Shown: positions 52,783 through 63,313 of the stretch, piece by piece
Layout: each line of letters starts with the position of its first letter
Position numbering within the stretch: position 1 is the first letter of the stretch
Assembly (NCBI GenBank): GCA_963793425.1
Contig: CAWCAG010000007.1
Span: forward strand, 96,001-160,000
Origin: an uncultured cyanobacterium
Lineage (GTDB): Bacteria; Cyanobacteriota; Cyanobacteriia; Cyanobacteriales; CAWCAG01
Length of the DNA: 64,000 nucleotides
Direction: 5' to 3'
The notes under the pieces: generated by a model
What the model saw: the letters and a program-made list of their open reading frames with translations, nothing else
What the model was told of the DNA's origin: nothing
The model's database searches: none
Position numbers and translations under genes: made by a program

Positions 52783-53709
52783 CTAATGATCAACGCAACC
52801 CAAGGCAAGACCAATTTGTTGGGCGAGAGAATCAATTAACTCGATGTTTTCTTCCCTAACCTGGTAATCTTTTCTCCATTGCACAGAAAGAATTGCTTCT
52901 AGTTGCTTGCGGAAGAACACCGGGGCTGCAATATGAACTTTAAGGTCTGTACCTTGATAATGTTGACTGGTGGTGGCATTAGAGTCAACTAAAGACTCTA
53001 TCCAAACTTGGAGTTGTCTTGCGTTGATAACTTTAGTTACTAAAGGATCTTGGACAAGGAAATCTGCTGCTAATTCACCATTGCTATATTTACCTTGAGT
53101 TGCTACTAAGCTTTGATTTTCTACAAGCTGCAAAATACAACCATCCCCTTGTAAACTTTCTCCTATAGCTGTGGCGATAGGTTCTAAGGTTGCTTCAATG
53201 GAGGTGGCAGTTTGGGCGATTTCACCAATTTTCATTAGTAAAGCAACTTGTTTGTTGGTACGGTGTCTTTCTAGGCGACGACCTCTCAATGTATCGTAGG
53301 TTTCAGCAGCATCTTGAACTACCAACCTTAAGGTTTGCGGGTCCCAAGGTTTGGTGATGTATTTGTATACTTGTCCAGAATTAATTGCATCAACCAAGTC
53401 TTCCACATCGCTAAATCCCGTTAAGATTATACGCATGGTATCAGGGAATTGGGGAACGGTTTTGCTTAAAAACTCTGTTCCTTTCATCTCCGGCATTCTT
53501 TGGTCAGAGATAATGACCGCAACTTCCCCTTGATTGGAAAGAACTTCTAAAGCTTCTACACCGCTATTGGCTTTATAAACCTGAAAGCTACGACGAAAAG
53601 TACGATAAAGCAAGTCTAAGTTATCTGGTTCGTCGTCTACCACCAGCATTTTCGGTTTTTTTCCTTTTTCCATTTCTTTAAGTAATTTGTTAATATCATT
53701 TGGGTTCAT
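52783..53709 (-). CDS. Response regulator receiver plus degenerate GAF domain
   Basis: LVVDDEPDNL, SDQRMP and YITKPW, followed by a GAF-like C-half. Confidence 0.85.
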   Translation of the reverse strand: MNPNDINKLLKEMEKGKKPKMLVVDDEPDNLDLLYRTFRRSFQVYKANSGVEALEVLSNQGEVAVIISDQRMPEMKGTEFLSKTVPQFPDTMRIILTGFSDVEDLVDAINSGQVYKYITKPWDPQTLRLVVQDAAETYDTLRGRRLERHRTNKQVALLMKIGEIAQTATSIEATLEPIATAIGESLQGDGCILQLVENQSLVATQGKYSNGELAADFLVQDPLVTKVINARQLQVWIESLVDSNATTSQHYQGTDLKVHIAAPVFFRKQLEAILSVQWRKDYQVREENIELIDSLAQQIGLALGCVDH

Positions 53710-53834
53710 ATCAATAAAATTAAATTAGCGCAACTGTCTGTGTATGTAAGATAAGGCTCACTTTAGTAGATTAACCCAAGACTTTGAAGATTGCTTTATC
53801 GACGATTGCTTCGTTATTGCATAATTTTATTATT

Positions 53835-55460
53835 TCATAGCCCAATGTTACAGCGATAGAGCTGATAAGGATAACTACCTAATCGATAAAATTGGCTATT
53901 GTCAATATTACACTGAGTTCCCTTAGTAATCTGGATACTAGGAGGAAAGCTTTCATCTAGAAATCCGGGAGCAATTAACCATAGATTGGTTGGGGAAACG
54001 GGTAGTTGAGATATTTTTTGCCAAAGTTTTTCCTGTTCGGAGGAATTGTTTAGGAAAACAAAGTTAGTTTCTCGATTTTCTGGTCTTGCGTCTTTTAAGG
54101 CTAAGGCATAACTTAGTCCTAGTGCCAGATCAAGGGAGTTATCGTAGGGAAAGACTATTAATACAGCTTCTGGAAATTGGTTGAAATGATTAGCTACGGC
54201 AGCAGGAACAAAAGGTTTTTGAAAGGCAAGGTTAAAGGTGACGAAAAGAGAACTGATGATGCCGATACAAGTAACAGAGAAAGGAAAGGTGTTTTGGGAT
54301 TTCTTAGTAGTTAAACTTGCTGCTAGTAGGCACTCAAAAGCAGGAAAATAGATGAAACTGTAGCGAGGGACGACGGTAATATCTTTTTTTAAGCCATAAA
54401 CTAGGGCGAGAAATTCTAGTAATACTATAGTTAGAAAGCAAGTAAGGGTAAAGGTGGAAATACTAAAGTGTTTCTGTTGTCGTAGTTGTCTGAATCCTCT
54501 CCAAGTTTGCCAAGCAATCCAAACACCAAAAGCGATGGTGAAAATGATACTAATAATTTGTATTTTTAAGGGTTGATTTTCTACTGGTAAAACAATAATT
54601 GTGGTTGACCAAGCGGCGATTATTTGTAATAAAGGCAGAATATGTTGGGGAGAAGGAAGCCAACTAGTTTTAGGACTGGTGAAGTGTTCTAAGAGGATGG
54701 GTAGCCAAGGGAAAAAGAAGGCAATTATTACTAAGACGGAGAGGCTTAAGGAAGCAAGATTAATTAGTTTTTCTTTTTTTGTTTTTGGTAAGTATAAAAT
54801 TAAGCATAATAGGGTTATAATTTGGGCAATTAAGGCTAAGATGCCGAAATAATGAGTATATAAACTAAGGCTATTAACTCCAATCCAACTAAGCCAAACT
54901 AAAGGATTAAGCTGTTGTTTTTGGAGGTTTTGTTGTATTTTAATTAAACAAATTAATCCTAAAGTGATTAAAAACATAGGCAATGTATAATGCCTAGCTT
55001 CTTGGGAGAGATAAACAGCAAAAGGAGAAGTTGCCATTAAACCCGCTCCTACTAAACCAACTTGGCGGGAAAAGGCTAGGCGATTAAGGTAATAAACTGC
55101 CCCAATTTCTGCGACTCCAATTAAGGCAGAAAAAGCCCGTAATTTCCAAGTTAAGGATTGAGTTAAAGGTGATAAGAAAGTTAGCCAGCTATGGGTTAAA
55201 CAGAAAAATAAAGGTGGATGGGTAGATTGTTGATGTAAATTATTGGCAATGGTGGCACAACTAATTTCAGGATTGAGTCTGAAGAGTGGAGATAAGTTAT
55301 GGGGAGAGAAAAGGACATCAACAGGGACATTATTAAAGTTTTTCCCTAAACTAAATAAAGCAGTGATTACTTCATCTAGCCATAATGGTTTAAGGTCTAA
55401 ATTGAAAAAACGTAAAACTGCTCCTAAGCCCAGAATTAATGTTAGTAACAAATAGTGCAT
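53835..55460 (-). CDS. Polytopic glycosyltransferase (GT39/PMT_2 family)
   Basis: LWLDE, THPPLFF and SQEARHY, with many TM helices. Confidence 0.85.
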   Translation of the reverse strand: MHYLLLTLILGLGAVLRFFNLDLKPLWLDEVITALFSLGKNFNNVPVDVLFSPHNLSPLFRLNPEISCATIANNLHQQSTHPPLFFCLTHSWLTFLSPLTQSLTWKLRAFSALIGVAEIGAVYYLNRLAFSRQVGLVGAGLMATSPFAVYLSQEARHYTLPMFLITLGLICLIKIQQNLQKQQLNPLVWLSWIGVNSLSLYTHYFGILALIAQIITLLCLILYLPKTKKEKLINLASLSLSVLVIIAFFFPWLPILLEHFTSPKTSWLPSPQHILPLLQIIAAWSTTIIVLPVENQPLKIQIISIIFTIAFGVWIAWQTWRGFRQLRQQKHFSISTFTLTCFLTIVLLEFLALVYGLKKDITVVPRYSFIYFPAFECLLAASLTTKKSQNTFPFSVTCIGIISSLFVTFNLAFQKPFVPAAVANHFNQFPEAVLIVFPYDNSLDLALGLSYALALKDARPENRETNFVFLNNSSEQEKLWQKISQLPVSPTNLWLIAPGFLDESFPPSIQITKGTQCNIDNSQFYRLGSYPYQLYRCNIGL

Positions 55461-55709
55461 TTGAAAACTGCTAACTGTTCCCGCTAAGGGTCTATTTTAC
55501 GAATCAGGTCGCATAAGTTGAAGTAAAATCTTGATTCCCACATCATACCAAATGCTCTAAACTATTAAGTATTTAATTTACTTGTTGAAGACTAAAGGGG
55601 TAGATGGGGAGAGAAGTTATTAGGCATTGCTACTCTAAAATAAGCTAAAATCAGAACGCGCTTAATGGTAGCCCCGATTAGCAATTAGCAACTAGCCATA
55701 ACTTAAAAA

Positions 55710-58088
55710 ATGTCCCTAGACTCCGAGACAAATTCAATTATTGATTGGGATAATCTTTCTTTAGATTTAACCCAGAATCAATATAAGATACTGCGACAAA
55801 AGGCGATCACAGAGTTACGCCATACCTTACGTAAAGGACAACTTAGCTTAGCAGATTGGCAAAGTGGGGCTATGGCAGTGTCGGCAGTGCCTGGGGCAGG
55901 AAAATCTACTGGTATGGCAGTAGCCGCCGCGATCGCAGTGGCAAGACATCAACTGAATTCTCGCCATCAATTAATTGTGGTTACTTTTACCCGTTCGGCA
56001 GCAGCTAGTATTAAAGGGAAAATCCGGGATCGCCTGAAAAAGTTTCATCTGCCCCAAGGTGGTTTTGTTGTTAATACTCTACACGGTTTGGCACTGAATA
56101 TTGCTACTCGCCATCCTGAATTATCAGGGTTGAATTTAGCAACAGCAACTATCGTCATTCCTACTCCTAGCCACCGCATCATTAGGGCTTGCGTGGAAAA
56201 ATGGCTAGCCCGACATCCCTCCCAATATAAGCTTTTATTAGAAGGGGTGCAATTCGATGGGGAAGAAACAGAGAGGCTGCGTCGTCAATCAGTATTGCGG
56301 ACAGAAGTGTTGCCCAACTTGGCTTATACAATTATTCATGAAGCAAAAAGTTCAGGACTGCTACCGCAACAATTATGGCAGTTGAGTCAGCAACAAGCAG
56401 ATGGCTACAATATTTTAGGGATAGGGGCTGGGTTATATGAACAGTATCAACAAATTATGCGATCGCGGGATTTTGTTGATTATGATGATATGATTCTTGC
56501 GGCTTTGCAGGTTTTAGAGAACCCTGCTGTTCGGCAAATGTGGCAACAACAAGTCTTTGCTGTTTTTGAAGATGAGGCTCAAGATTCTAGCCCTTTGCAA
56601 GAAAAACTGCTTAAAATTCTGGCTACCGATGGCAATGGCACAAATCCGACTGTTAATCTTGTGCGGGTAGGAGATCCTAACCAAGCGATTAATTCAACTT
56701 TCACTCCTGCTGATCCTCTTTATTTTAACTGGTTCTGCGATACTTGCAAAGCTCAAAATAGCCTCTCAACCATGGATCAAGCGGGGCGCAGTAGCCAGAT
56801 TATTATTGATGCGGCTAATTTTGTTCTTCATTGGGTAAATCGGGCTTGTCAGGTCAAAACTGCGGGGGAAGAAAGAGAAATGCTTCTTCCCCAATCCTTC
56901 CGTTTACAAAACATTCGTCCTGTAGATCCTGGAGATCCTCAACGGGATGCCAATCCTAAACCAGAGGGTGCAGGGTTGGAAATTTATACTCCTGTTGATA
57001 TCTGCGAAACTGTAGACTTAATTGGTAAGAGGATTAAGGATTTATTTACCCAAAATCCACAAACCAACGCGGCTGTTTTGGTTAGAGAAAATCGTCAAGG
57101 GCGTTTTGTGGCCGAAAAACTGCACCATTTGCAAAAAGAACAGAATATTCCCATTTATGAAGTGGGGGAAGCAGAACGCCACTCCCATATTCCCATTGAA
57201 ATCCTCAAATTACTCAAATTCTTAGATCGTCCCCATTCTCCAGATTATTTAAAAGGGGCTTTAGAAGTATTAGAGAAACGTAGTTTAGTCGCTACTCAAG
57301 ACTTAAATGCTTTGGCAACCTTTCCGGAACAGTTCCTTTATCCTAGTTCTTTAGATCCTGCCCAAAAACCTCAAGTAGAACAAGCGAAGAAGTTTTGTTG
57401 CAACCTGCTTAAAGCCCGGTTGCAACTGCCCCACTACCAACTTATTTCTTTCCTTGCCCTCAGTTTGCAATATACAGGTTCAGAACTGGCTACGGCACAG
57501 AAGTTAGCAGAAAGGATTAGTAAGGAAACTGTGGGTAAGAGTTCTTTGCAAACAACTTTAGAAGTGTTAGGAGAAATCGTTAACTCAGAACAGTTTGAAG
57601 CCGTAGGAGAAGAAAGCGAGGATCAATATACGAAAAAAGGGCAGTTAACTATTATCACCATGCACAAAGCAAAGGGTTTAGATTGGGATTATGTTTTCCT
57701 ACCCTTCTTACACGAAGACTCTATTCCTGGTAAACCCTGGGTTCCCAATGCCGCTAAATTCTTGGGTAACTTTACTTTAGCAGAAGTCGCCCGCGCCCAA
57801 ATTCGTGCCGGGGTACACAGCCAACACCTCCAACCAGATTTACCCCTGAATTTGCCCCAACCAGAACAAGCTTGGCAAGAAGCAGGCTATTTAAAGAAAG
57901 CTGAAGAGTTTCGCCTTTTATATGTTGCTATGACGAGGGCAAAACGTTTGTTATGGATGTCTGCTGCCCAAGAAGGGCCTTTTCGTTGGAATACTTTCCG
58001 CAGTTTCCAAGCAACCAATTTTCAAAGTAAGAATCCTTGTCCGGTTATTCCAGCTTTAAAGCAAAAGTTTCCTAATTCTGTTCAATGA
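55710..58088 (+). CDS. UvrD/REP-family ATP-dependent helicase
   Basis: AVPGAGKS, EDEAQD, VGDPNQAI, TMHKAKGLDWD and LYVAMTRAK. Confidence 0.92.
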   Translation: MSLDSETNSIIDWDNLSLDLTQNQYKILRQKAITELRHTLRKGQLSLADWQSGAMAVSAVPGAGKSTGMAVAAAIAVARHQLNSRHQLIVVTFTRSAAASIKGKIRDRLKKFHLPQGGFVVNTLHGLALNIATRHPELSGLNLATATIVIPTPSHRIIRACVEKWLARHPSQYKLLLEGVQFDGEETERLRRQSVLRTEVLPNLAYTIIHEAKSSGLLPQQLWQLSQQQADGYNILGIGAGLYEQYQQIMRSRDFVDYDDMILAALQVLENPAVRQMWQQQVFAVFEDEAQDSSPLQEKLLKILATDGNGTNPTVNLVRVGDPNQAINSTFTPADPLYFNWFCDTCKAQNSLSTMDQAGRSSQIIIDAANFVLHWVNRACQVKTAGEEREMLLPQSFRLQNIRPVDPGDPQRDANPKPEGAGLEIYTPVDICETVDLIGKRIKDLFTQNPQTNAAVLVRENRQGRFVAEKLHHLQKEQNIPIYEVGEAERHSHIPIEILKLLKFLDRPHSPDYLKGALEVLEKRSLVATQDLNALATFPEQFLYPSSLDPAQKPQVEQAKKFCCNLLKARLQLPHYQLISFLALSLQYTGSELATAQKLAERISKETVGKSSLQTTLEVLGEIVNSEQFEAVGEESEDQYTKKGQLTIITMHKAKGLDWDYVFLPFLHEDSIPGKPWVPNAAKFLGNFTLAEVARAQIRAGVHSQHLQPDLPLNLPQPEQAWQEAGYLKKAEEFRLLYVAMTRAKRLLWMSAAQEGPFRWNTFRSFQATNFQSKNPCPVIPALKQKFPNSVQ

Positions 58089-58181
58089 GTAGAAAAGCAA
58101 GGTGTATAGAACAACTAAATTAATAAGTTTAAAATGGTTTTTCTTCAAGGCAGTTTCGTTGAGGAGTTAAAAGTTGATTGA

Positions 58182-58236
58182 AAACTGCTTTTCAGGGCGC
58201 ACCTTTTCCACCATGTACAGAATACCATGTCAAGGA
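58182..58236 (-). repeat. Dispersed intergenic element, copy B
   Basis: Minus strand CCTTGACATGGTATTCTGTACATGGTGGAAAAGGTGCGCCCTGAAAAGC is 46/49 identical to copy C. Confidence 0.88.
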
Positions 58237-58731
58237 CGCTTTGCAACAGCTCAAAACTACTTTTAAGCCCATTTAATTTAATTGGCAAGATTACATAAGC
58301 AATAATTCAATTGCATTCAGTTGGTGATTAAATATTCTAAATTTACATAACTTCAACTAAAAAAATGTCAAGCCCAAAAAATTCTTGCAAAGGTCGCATT
58401 TACGTGGTTTAATGGGAAAATTAAAAAATCATTCTCTCCCCTTGCGGCCAAAATTAAAAGTAGGTTTCTACAAGCTTGATAAACCGTTGATTGAGATGTG
58501 ATTTTAAGAGAAATTATAGCTATTTAAAATTTTTGGTTGCACAAATTTTGAGGCAATCTTAAAAGTTTTTTTGACCAATTTCTCTTTTTGTGGTATAGAA
58601 ACTTTTTCTCTGAAGATTGTATATATGCGATGCAATCCCCTTGTACAGGCTTACAATCTTTTTTTCCAAGACACATTAATTATCAGACAATCTATCTAAC
58701 TGATCATTGATCATTGATAACTGTAAGACTT

Positions 58732-59283
58732 ATGCCAGATATCACCCCAATCTTCCCTCTACCTACCATCTTGCTGCAAATATTGCTGCTGTTGGTCACT
58801 ATTGCCATTGAAGCACTATTGCTACACAACAGACTGCTGATGAGTCGCAAAACTAGTGTGGAATATTCCATTTCTCTGAACTTATTTTCCACAGCCTTTT
58901 GTTGGATGATTTTTCTCTATACCCAAGCCGCTTTAACACCAAGAACTCAAATTAAGCTCATCAACTACGTTTTTTTCAACCGCTCCCTCATTGAACAAAC
59001 TGCCTATGAAGAGATTAATCAAATACTCCTCATTATAGGGGTAGTAAGTTTCTTCGTTATTTGTTTAATTGAATACAAGCTTGTTGATATACTACAAGCG
59101 ATATTAGAGCCAGAAAGTCTGCAAAAAGACAGTGCTGGAGATGCCCCCCTTTCTTTAATGGAAGCAAATCGCAAAAATAGAGCCAAAAGACGGCTTGATA
59201 ACCGTAAACTCAACACTGTCTTTCTTGCCAATGCTCTAAGTACCCTTGCGGGGGCCGCACTTATCTTAATTGCCACTTTTTAA
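58732..59283 (+). CDS. fraC: Filament integrity protein FraC
   Basis: IFPLPTILLQILLLLVTIAIEA...SRKTSVEYSISLNLFST and FLANALS. Three TM segments. First gene of a fraCDE-like triplet. Confidence 0.78.
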   Translation: MPDITPIFPLPTILLQILLLLVTIAIEALLLHNRLLMSRKTSVEYSISLNLFSTAFCWMIFLYTQAALTPRTQIKLINYVFFNRSLIEQTAYEEINQILLIIGVVSFFVICLIEYKLVDILQAILEPESLQKDSAGDAPLSLMEANRKNRAKRRLDNRKLNTVFLANALSTLAGAALILIATF

Positions 59284-60277
59284 AACTTTTTTTGAGGGAA
59301 GAGTGAAGAACATAGCAAGTAATGTCGGTAAAAGCTTTAACCAAACTTTTAGGCAAGTTAGAACTCAACTAACTCCTCCTAATGCCTATTCTTGGCAAAC
59401 TCTGATTTGGCTGAGTGTATTTTCTGTAGCTATGGCTTGGATAGCTACAGATTGGGCGCGGGGTTTTATCTCTATTTTCGGTTGGCTATTTTTAATCACA
59501 GGTTTTAGTTGGGCTGCCAAGGAAAATTCCATACCCTTATGGCCTTGGATTACAGGAGCGCTAATTTGTTTTTGGATTTTTGGTAGTGCTAATGTTGAGG
59601 AGCGAGAAAGTCTTCCTAGTTTGGCGATAGTTTGTTGGCCTTTAATTTCAGCTTTGGTGATTATTTTTGGTAAAAGTATTAATACGGATTTTAGACCGAA
59701 AACTCCCTCTAAAGCAGAACGCCAAAATTTAATCATTTTGGTAGGAACTCAACTTCTGTTGAGTTGTTGGCTACAATTTTATTTCTTAACCCAAGAATGG
59801 GTGAATGAATATCCTAGTCTGATCGCCGATGATTTTACTAACAGCGACTTTGTCGTTAAGCTCGATGTCCCAGGAAGAAGTTATCCCCGTGCTGTAGAAA
59901 TTCTTAACTTAATTGGTCAAAAAATAGAAACTCAATTAGACGGGACTCCCTGGACTCAAGTAGAACAATGGTTATTAGAAGAAGGTAGACAAGAAAGATT
60001 ACTAGTCCTTAAAGAGGAAGTTTTTACTGAAGAAGAAATAGCTGAAGTACCAGAAGATCAATTTTGGCAGTTTAATTCTGTTGCTTCTACTGAAGGAGCA
60101 GGATATGACTTAAAACTAGAAGCTAATTGGGAAGGGCCAGGTTCTCAGCGGGAATTTTATAATAGTGAGAAGAGTTGTCTGATTACACCCACTTTTTCCA
60201 CCCAACGCGCCCTTAGTGTTGGTAGAGTTGAATGCGATGAAGCTGCCACTGAAAAGGAGAAACAACCGGAGATATGA
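59270..60277 (+). CDS. fraD: Septal junction protein FraD (DUF5357)
   Basis: PPNAYSWQTLIWLSVFS, PWITGAL and LLSCWLQFYF...YPSLIADDF. Several TM helices plus a periplasmic domain. Confidence 0.75.
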   Translation: MPLFKTFFEGRVKNIASNVGKSFNQTFRQVRTQLTPPNAYSWQTLIWLSVFSVAMAWIATDWARGFISIFGWLFLITGFSWAAKENSIPLWPWITGALICFWIFGSANVEERESLPSLAIVCWPLISALVIIFGKSINTDFRPKTPSKAERQNLIILVGTQLLLSCWLQFYFLTQEWVNEYPSLIADDFTNSDFVVKLDVPGRSYPRAVEILNLIGQKIETQLDGTPWTQVEQWLLEEGRQERLLVLKEEVFTEEEIAEVPEDQFWQFNSVASTEGAGYDLKLEANWEGPGSQREFYNSEKSCLITPTFSTQRALSVGRVECDEAATEKEKQPEI

Positions 60278-61047
60278 ATGTCGTCAGGATCTGGACAATT
60301 GCAGCTAATGGCTTTCGGGAAGTTATTCGCGATCGCATCTTTTATATTATTGGCTTTTTTACTTTAGTTTTAATTATTGCCCTGCGTCTATTGCCGGAAG
60401 TCGCTTTAAGTGCGGATAAAAAAATCTTTTTGGATTTTGGTTTAGGGGCAATTGGTTTTTTGAGTGCCTTGGTAGCTATTTTTGTTGGTACGGGGTTGGT
60501 TAATAAAGAGATTGAAAAGCGTACAGTTTTAGTTTTAATTCCTAAGCCTCTAACTAGGGCAGAATTGATTGTGGGCAAGCACTTAGGCTTGGTTGCTGTA
60601 TTAGCTACACTAGTTGCGGTGATGACAGCAATTTACTTAAGCTTACTAGGTCTATCACAGATTTATTACCCAACAGGAACTATTTTAATATCTTTGCTTT
60701 ATCTGCTCATAGAATTGGGCTTAATCATTGCTGTGGCGTTGATGTTCGGTGTTTTGACTAGTTCTATATTAGGAACCCTGCTTACTTTTGGGGTTTATCT
60801 GATGGGACATTTTAGTCAAGATTTAGTAGAATTAAGTAAGATTACTGAAAATCCTGGCATTGAGCTTTTGACTCAAGCTCTTTATCTAATAATCCCGGAT
60901 TTATCAAGGTTGAATCTAAGGGATGAAGCAGTTTACGGCTTGCTTCCTGCCCCTGTTACCCTCTGGAGTAATGCTTTGTATGGAATAATCTATACAGTGT
61001 TATTACTAGCAATTACTATCTTTATTTTCTCTCGTCGTGAGTTTTAA
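60274..61047 (+). CDS. fraE: ABC-2 type permease, FraE-like
   Basis: FREVIRDRIFY and KEIEKRT..LIPKPL.R.E.I.GK. Overlaps the fraD stop (ATGA). Confidence 0.75.
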   Translation: MNVVRIWTIAANGFREVIRDRIFYIIGFFTLVLIIALRLLPEVALSADKKIFLDFGLGAIGFLSALVAIFVGTGLVNKEIEKRTVLVLIPKPLTRAELIVGKHLGLVAVLATLVAVMTAIYLSLLGLSQIYYPTGTILISLLYLLIELGLIIAVALMFGVLTSSILGTLLTFGVYLMGHFSQDLVELSKITENPGIELLTQALYLIIPDLSRLNLRDEAVYGLLPAPVTLWSNALYGIIYTVLLLAITIFIFSRREF

Positions 61048-61129
61048 TTAGTAACAAAGATAAAATTCCTTTGGTAAAACAGATATCCTAGAAACTAAGA
61101 GCAAAAAAAATCCTGCCACAGACATCCTT

Positions 61130-62416
61130 ATGATGCTGCAAAATTCTTTGTTGAATTTCCCAGAAAAACAACAAAATAGTAGTTTAATTCACTTTCAGCA
61201 ACAACTGCAATACCAAGAAGTGATAAATTTGTTGCTACACAAAATGAGTGAAACTCCTGTTGTTGAAGATATTTTACAAACGGCAGTTAATCTTTTGCAA
61301 GAGGCTTTAGGAGTAAGTCGTTGTTTGATTTTTCGTCCCCTCTCTCCAGAAAATCCCGCAGAAGTTAGTTATGTTTTGGAAGCTACAGAGGAAGAGGAAA
61401 GTTTAATTGGCTTTACTAGCGCTTTTTATAGCTATTATTATCCTTCTCTTAAGCAAGGCGAAGGGATTATCTTAAATAGAATTGAGCCACACTTAGCAGC
61501 CCCTGTACAAGAAGCAGCCAGCAAACTTAACTTCCATTCAGCTTTGGTTATACCTATTATTTATCAACAACAATATTTAGGGGGAATTGCTTTTCACGAT
61601 TGTCAACAAGAGTATCAATGGACAGAAGCAGAAATCAATTTAGGTACGATAGTAGCTAGCCAAATAGCCATAACCCTAAACCAAGCCCAACAACAAATTC
61701 GTCTTCGGGAATTAGAAGCAGAAAATCAAACTAAAACAGCTTTCCTTGATCATACTAGCCATGAACTTCGCACCCCTTTAACAGGTATTTTAGGCTTTTC
61801 TCGTGTTTTAATAGACCAACTCTATGGTCCTTTAAATGATAAACAACTTCAGTATCTCCAAGGTATTTTTTCCTGTGGTGAACATTTACTTTCTCTAATC
61901 AACGACTTACTAGATTTATCTAAAGTGGATGCAGATAGAGAAGAACTTTATTGGGAAAATATACCAGTAGAAGAGTTATGTCTTGCAACGCTTTCTTTAG
62001 TGCAGGAAAAAGCCAAAGAAGAAGGGCTAGAATTATTATTGGAAATTGAGCCAGGAATTACTACCTGTAAAGCCGACCAGAGGCGATTAAAACAGATTTT
62101 GGTTAATTTACTATCTAATGCGGTTAAGTTCACTGAATCTGGCTCTATAACCCTGAAAGTGGCGAGAAACGAGCAAGGGATGATCTTTTCAGTAATTGAT
62201 ACCGGTATTGGCATCAGCGAAACCAATCAAAAGAAACTTTTCCAACCCTTTACTCAAATCGAAAGTCACCTCAACCGCAAACATAAAGGTACAGGTTTAG
62301 GTTTAGCTTTATCCAGAAAGTTAGCTAGACTTCACGGCGGTGATATTACCCTCTCTTCTCAACCAGGGCAAGGTAGTTGCTTTGCTGTTAGTTTGCCGTT
62401 ACAACAGGATAAGTAA
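61130..62416 (+). CDS. GAF sensor histidine kinase
   Basis: GAF, SHELRTPL, NLLSNAVKFT, DTGIGI and GTGLGL. Confidence 0.9.
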   Translation: MMLQNSLLNFPEKQQNSSLIHFQQQLQYQEVINLLLHKMSETPVVEDILQTAVNLLQEALGVSRCLIFRPLSPENPAEVSYVLEATEEEESLIGFTSAFYSYYYPSLKQGEGIILNRIEPHLAAPVQEAASKLNFHSALVIPIIYQQQYLGGIAFHDCQQEYQWTEAEINLGTIVASQIAITLNQAQQQIRLRELEAENQTKTAFLDHTSHELRTPLTGILGFSRVLIDQLYGPLNDKQLQYLQGIFSCGEHLLSLINDLLDLSKVDADREELYWENIPVEELCLATLSLVQEKAKEEGLELLLEIEPGITTCKADQRRLKQILVNLLSNAVKFTESGSITLKVARNEQGMIFSVIDTGIGISETNQKKLFQPFTQIESHLNRKHKGTGLGLALSRKLARLHGGDITLSSQPGQGSCFAVSLPLQQDK

Positions 62417-62488
62417 TCAGTAAGGAATATGTGATTTAATCTTAACTATTTGCTATTGTTTCTTTTCATCTCACTCTAAAGTTTTTAT

Positions 62489-63298
62489 ATGAATAAATTA
62501 GCACAATTAAGAAACATTTTTATCGAAATGGAAGCGGCATTGATTGCCTACTCTGGAGGTATTGATAGTACTTTGGTCGCTAAAGTTGCTCAGGATGTTT
62601 TAGGGAATCGCGCTTTAGCGATTACGGCAGTATCTCCTTCTTTGTTACCAGAAGAATTGGAAGATGCTAAGTTACAAGCAGCAGAAATTGGTATTCGCCA
62701 CGAGTTGGTAGATACCAACGAGATGGATAATCCTGATTACACTGCTAACCCCGTTAACCGCTGTTATTTTTGCAAAAGTGAACTTCACGATACCCTTAAA
62801 CCCATTGCCCTAGAAAGGGGTTATCCTTATGTTATTGATGGGGTGAATGGTGATGATCTCAGAGATTATCGCCCCGGCATCCAAGCCGCTAAAGAAAGAG
62901 GGGCGCGATCGCCTTTAGCAGAAATTAGTATTACCAAAGCAGAAGTACGGCAGCTTTCTCAACAATTGGGTTTACCTTGGTGGAATAAACCCGCCCAACC
63001 TTGTTTAAGTTCCCGTTTTCCTTATGGAGAAGAAATTACTGTGGAGAAATTACAAAGAGTTGGTAGGGCTGAAGTTTACCTGCGGCGTAGAGGATGGCAA
63101 AATCTGCGAGTACGTTCAGTTGGTGATGTCGCCAGGATTGAATTGCCCCCGGAACAAATTAAGGAGTTTGTTTTAACTACAGATTTACCAACTTTAACTA
63201 AAGCTTTTCAAGGCTACGGGTTTATCTACGTTACTTTAGACTTGGAAGGTTACAGCAGCGGTAAGTTAAATCGGGTTTTAGATAGTGCCAAGGTTTAA
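62489..63298 (+). CDS. larE: ATP-dependent sacrificial sulfur transferase LarE-like
   Basis: PP-loop AYSGGIDS, NRCYFCK, DYRPG and PCLSSR. Confidence 0.88.
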   Translation: MNKLAQLRNIFIEMEAALIAYSGGIDSTLVAKVAQDVLGNRALAITAVSPSLLPEELEDAKLQAAEIGIRHELVDTNEMDNPDYTANPVNRCYFCKSELHDTLKPIALERGYPYVIDGVNGDDLRDYRPGIQAAKERGARSPLAEISITKAEVRQLSQQLGLPWWNKPAQPCLSSRFPYGEEITVEKLQRVGRAEVYLRRRGWQNLRVRSVGDVARIELPPEQIKEFVLTTDLPTLTKAFQGYGFIYVTLDLEGYSSGKLNRVLDSAKV

Positions 63299-63313
63299 TT
63301 AATTAATCATCAG

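Noticed and set aside
794..62226. Short ORFs in the track that overlap real genes (for example 794-1000, 2556-2744, 7640-7990, 38620-38943, 59386-59736, 61948-62226)
   Set aside because: They are antisense or alternate-frame shadows of well-supported genes and have no recognisable motifs.
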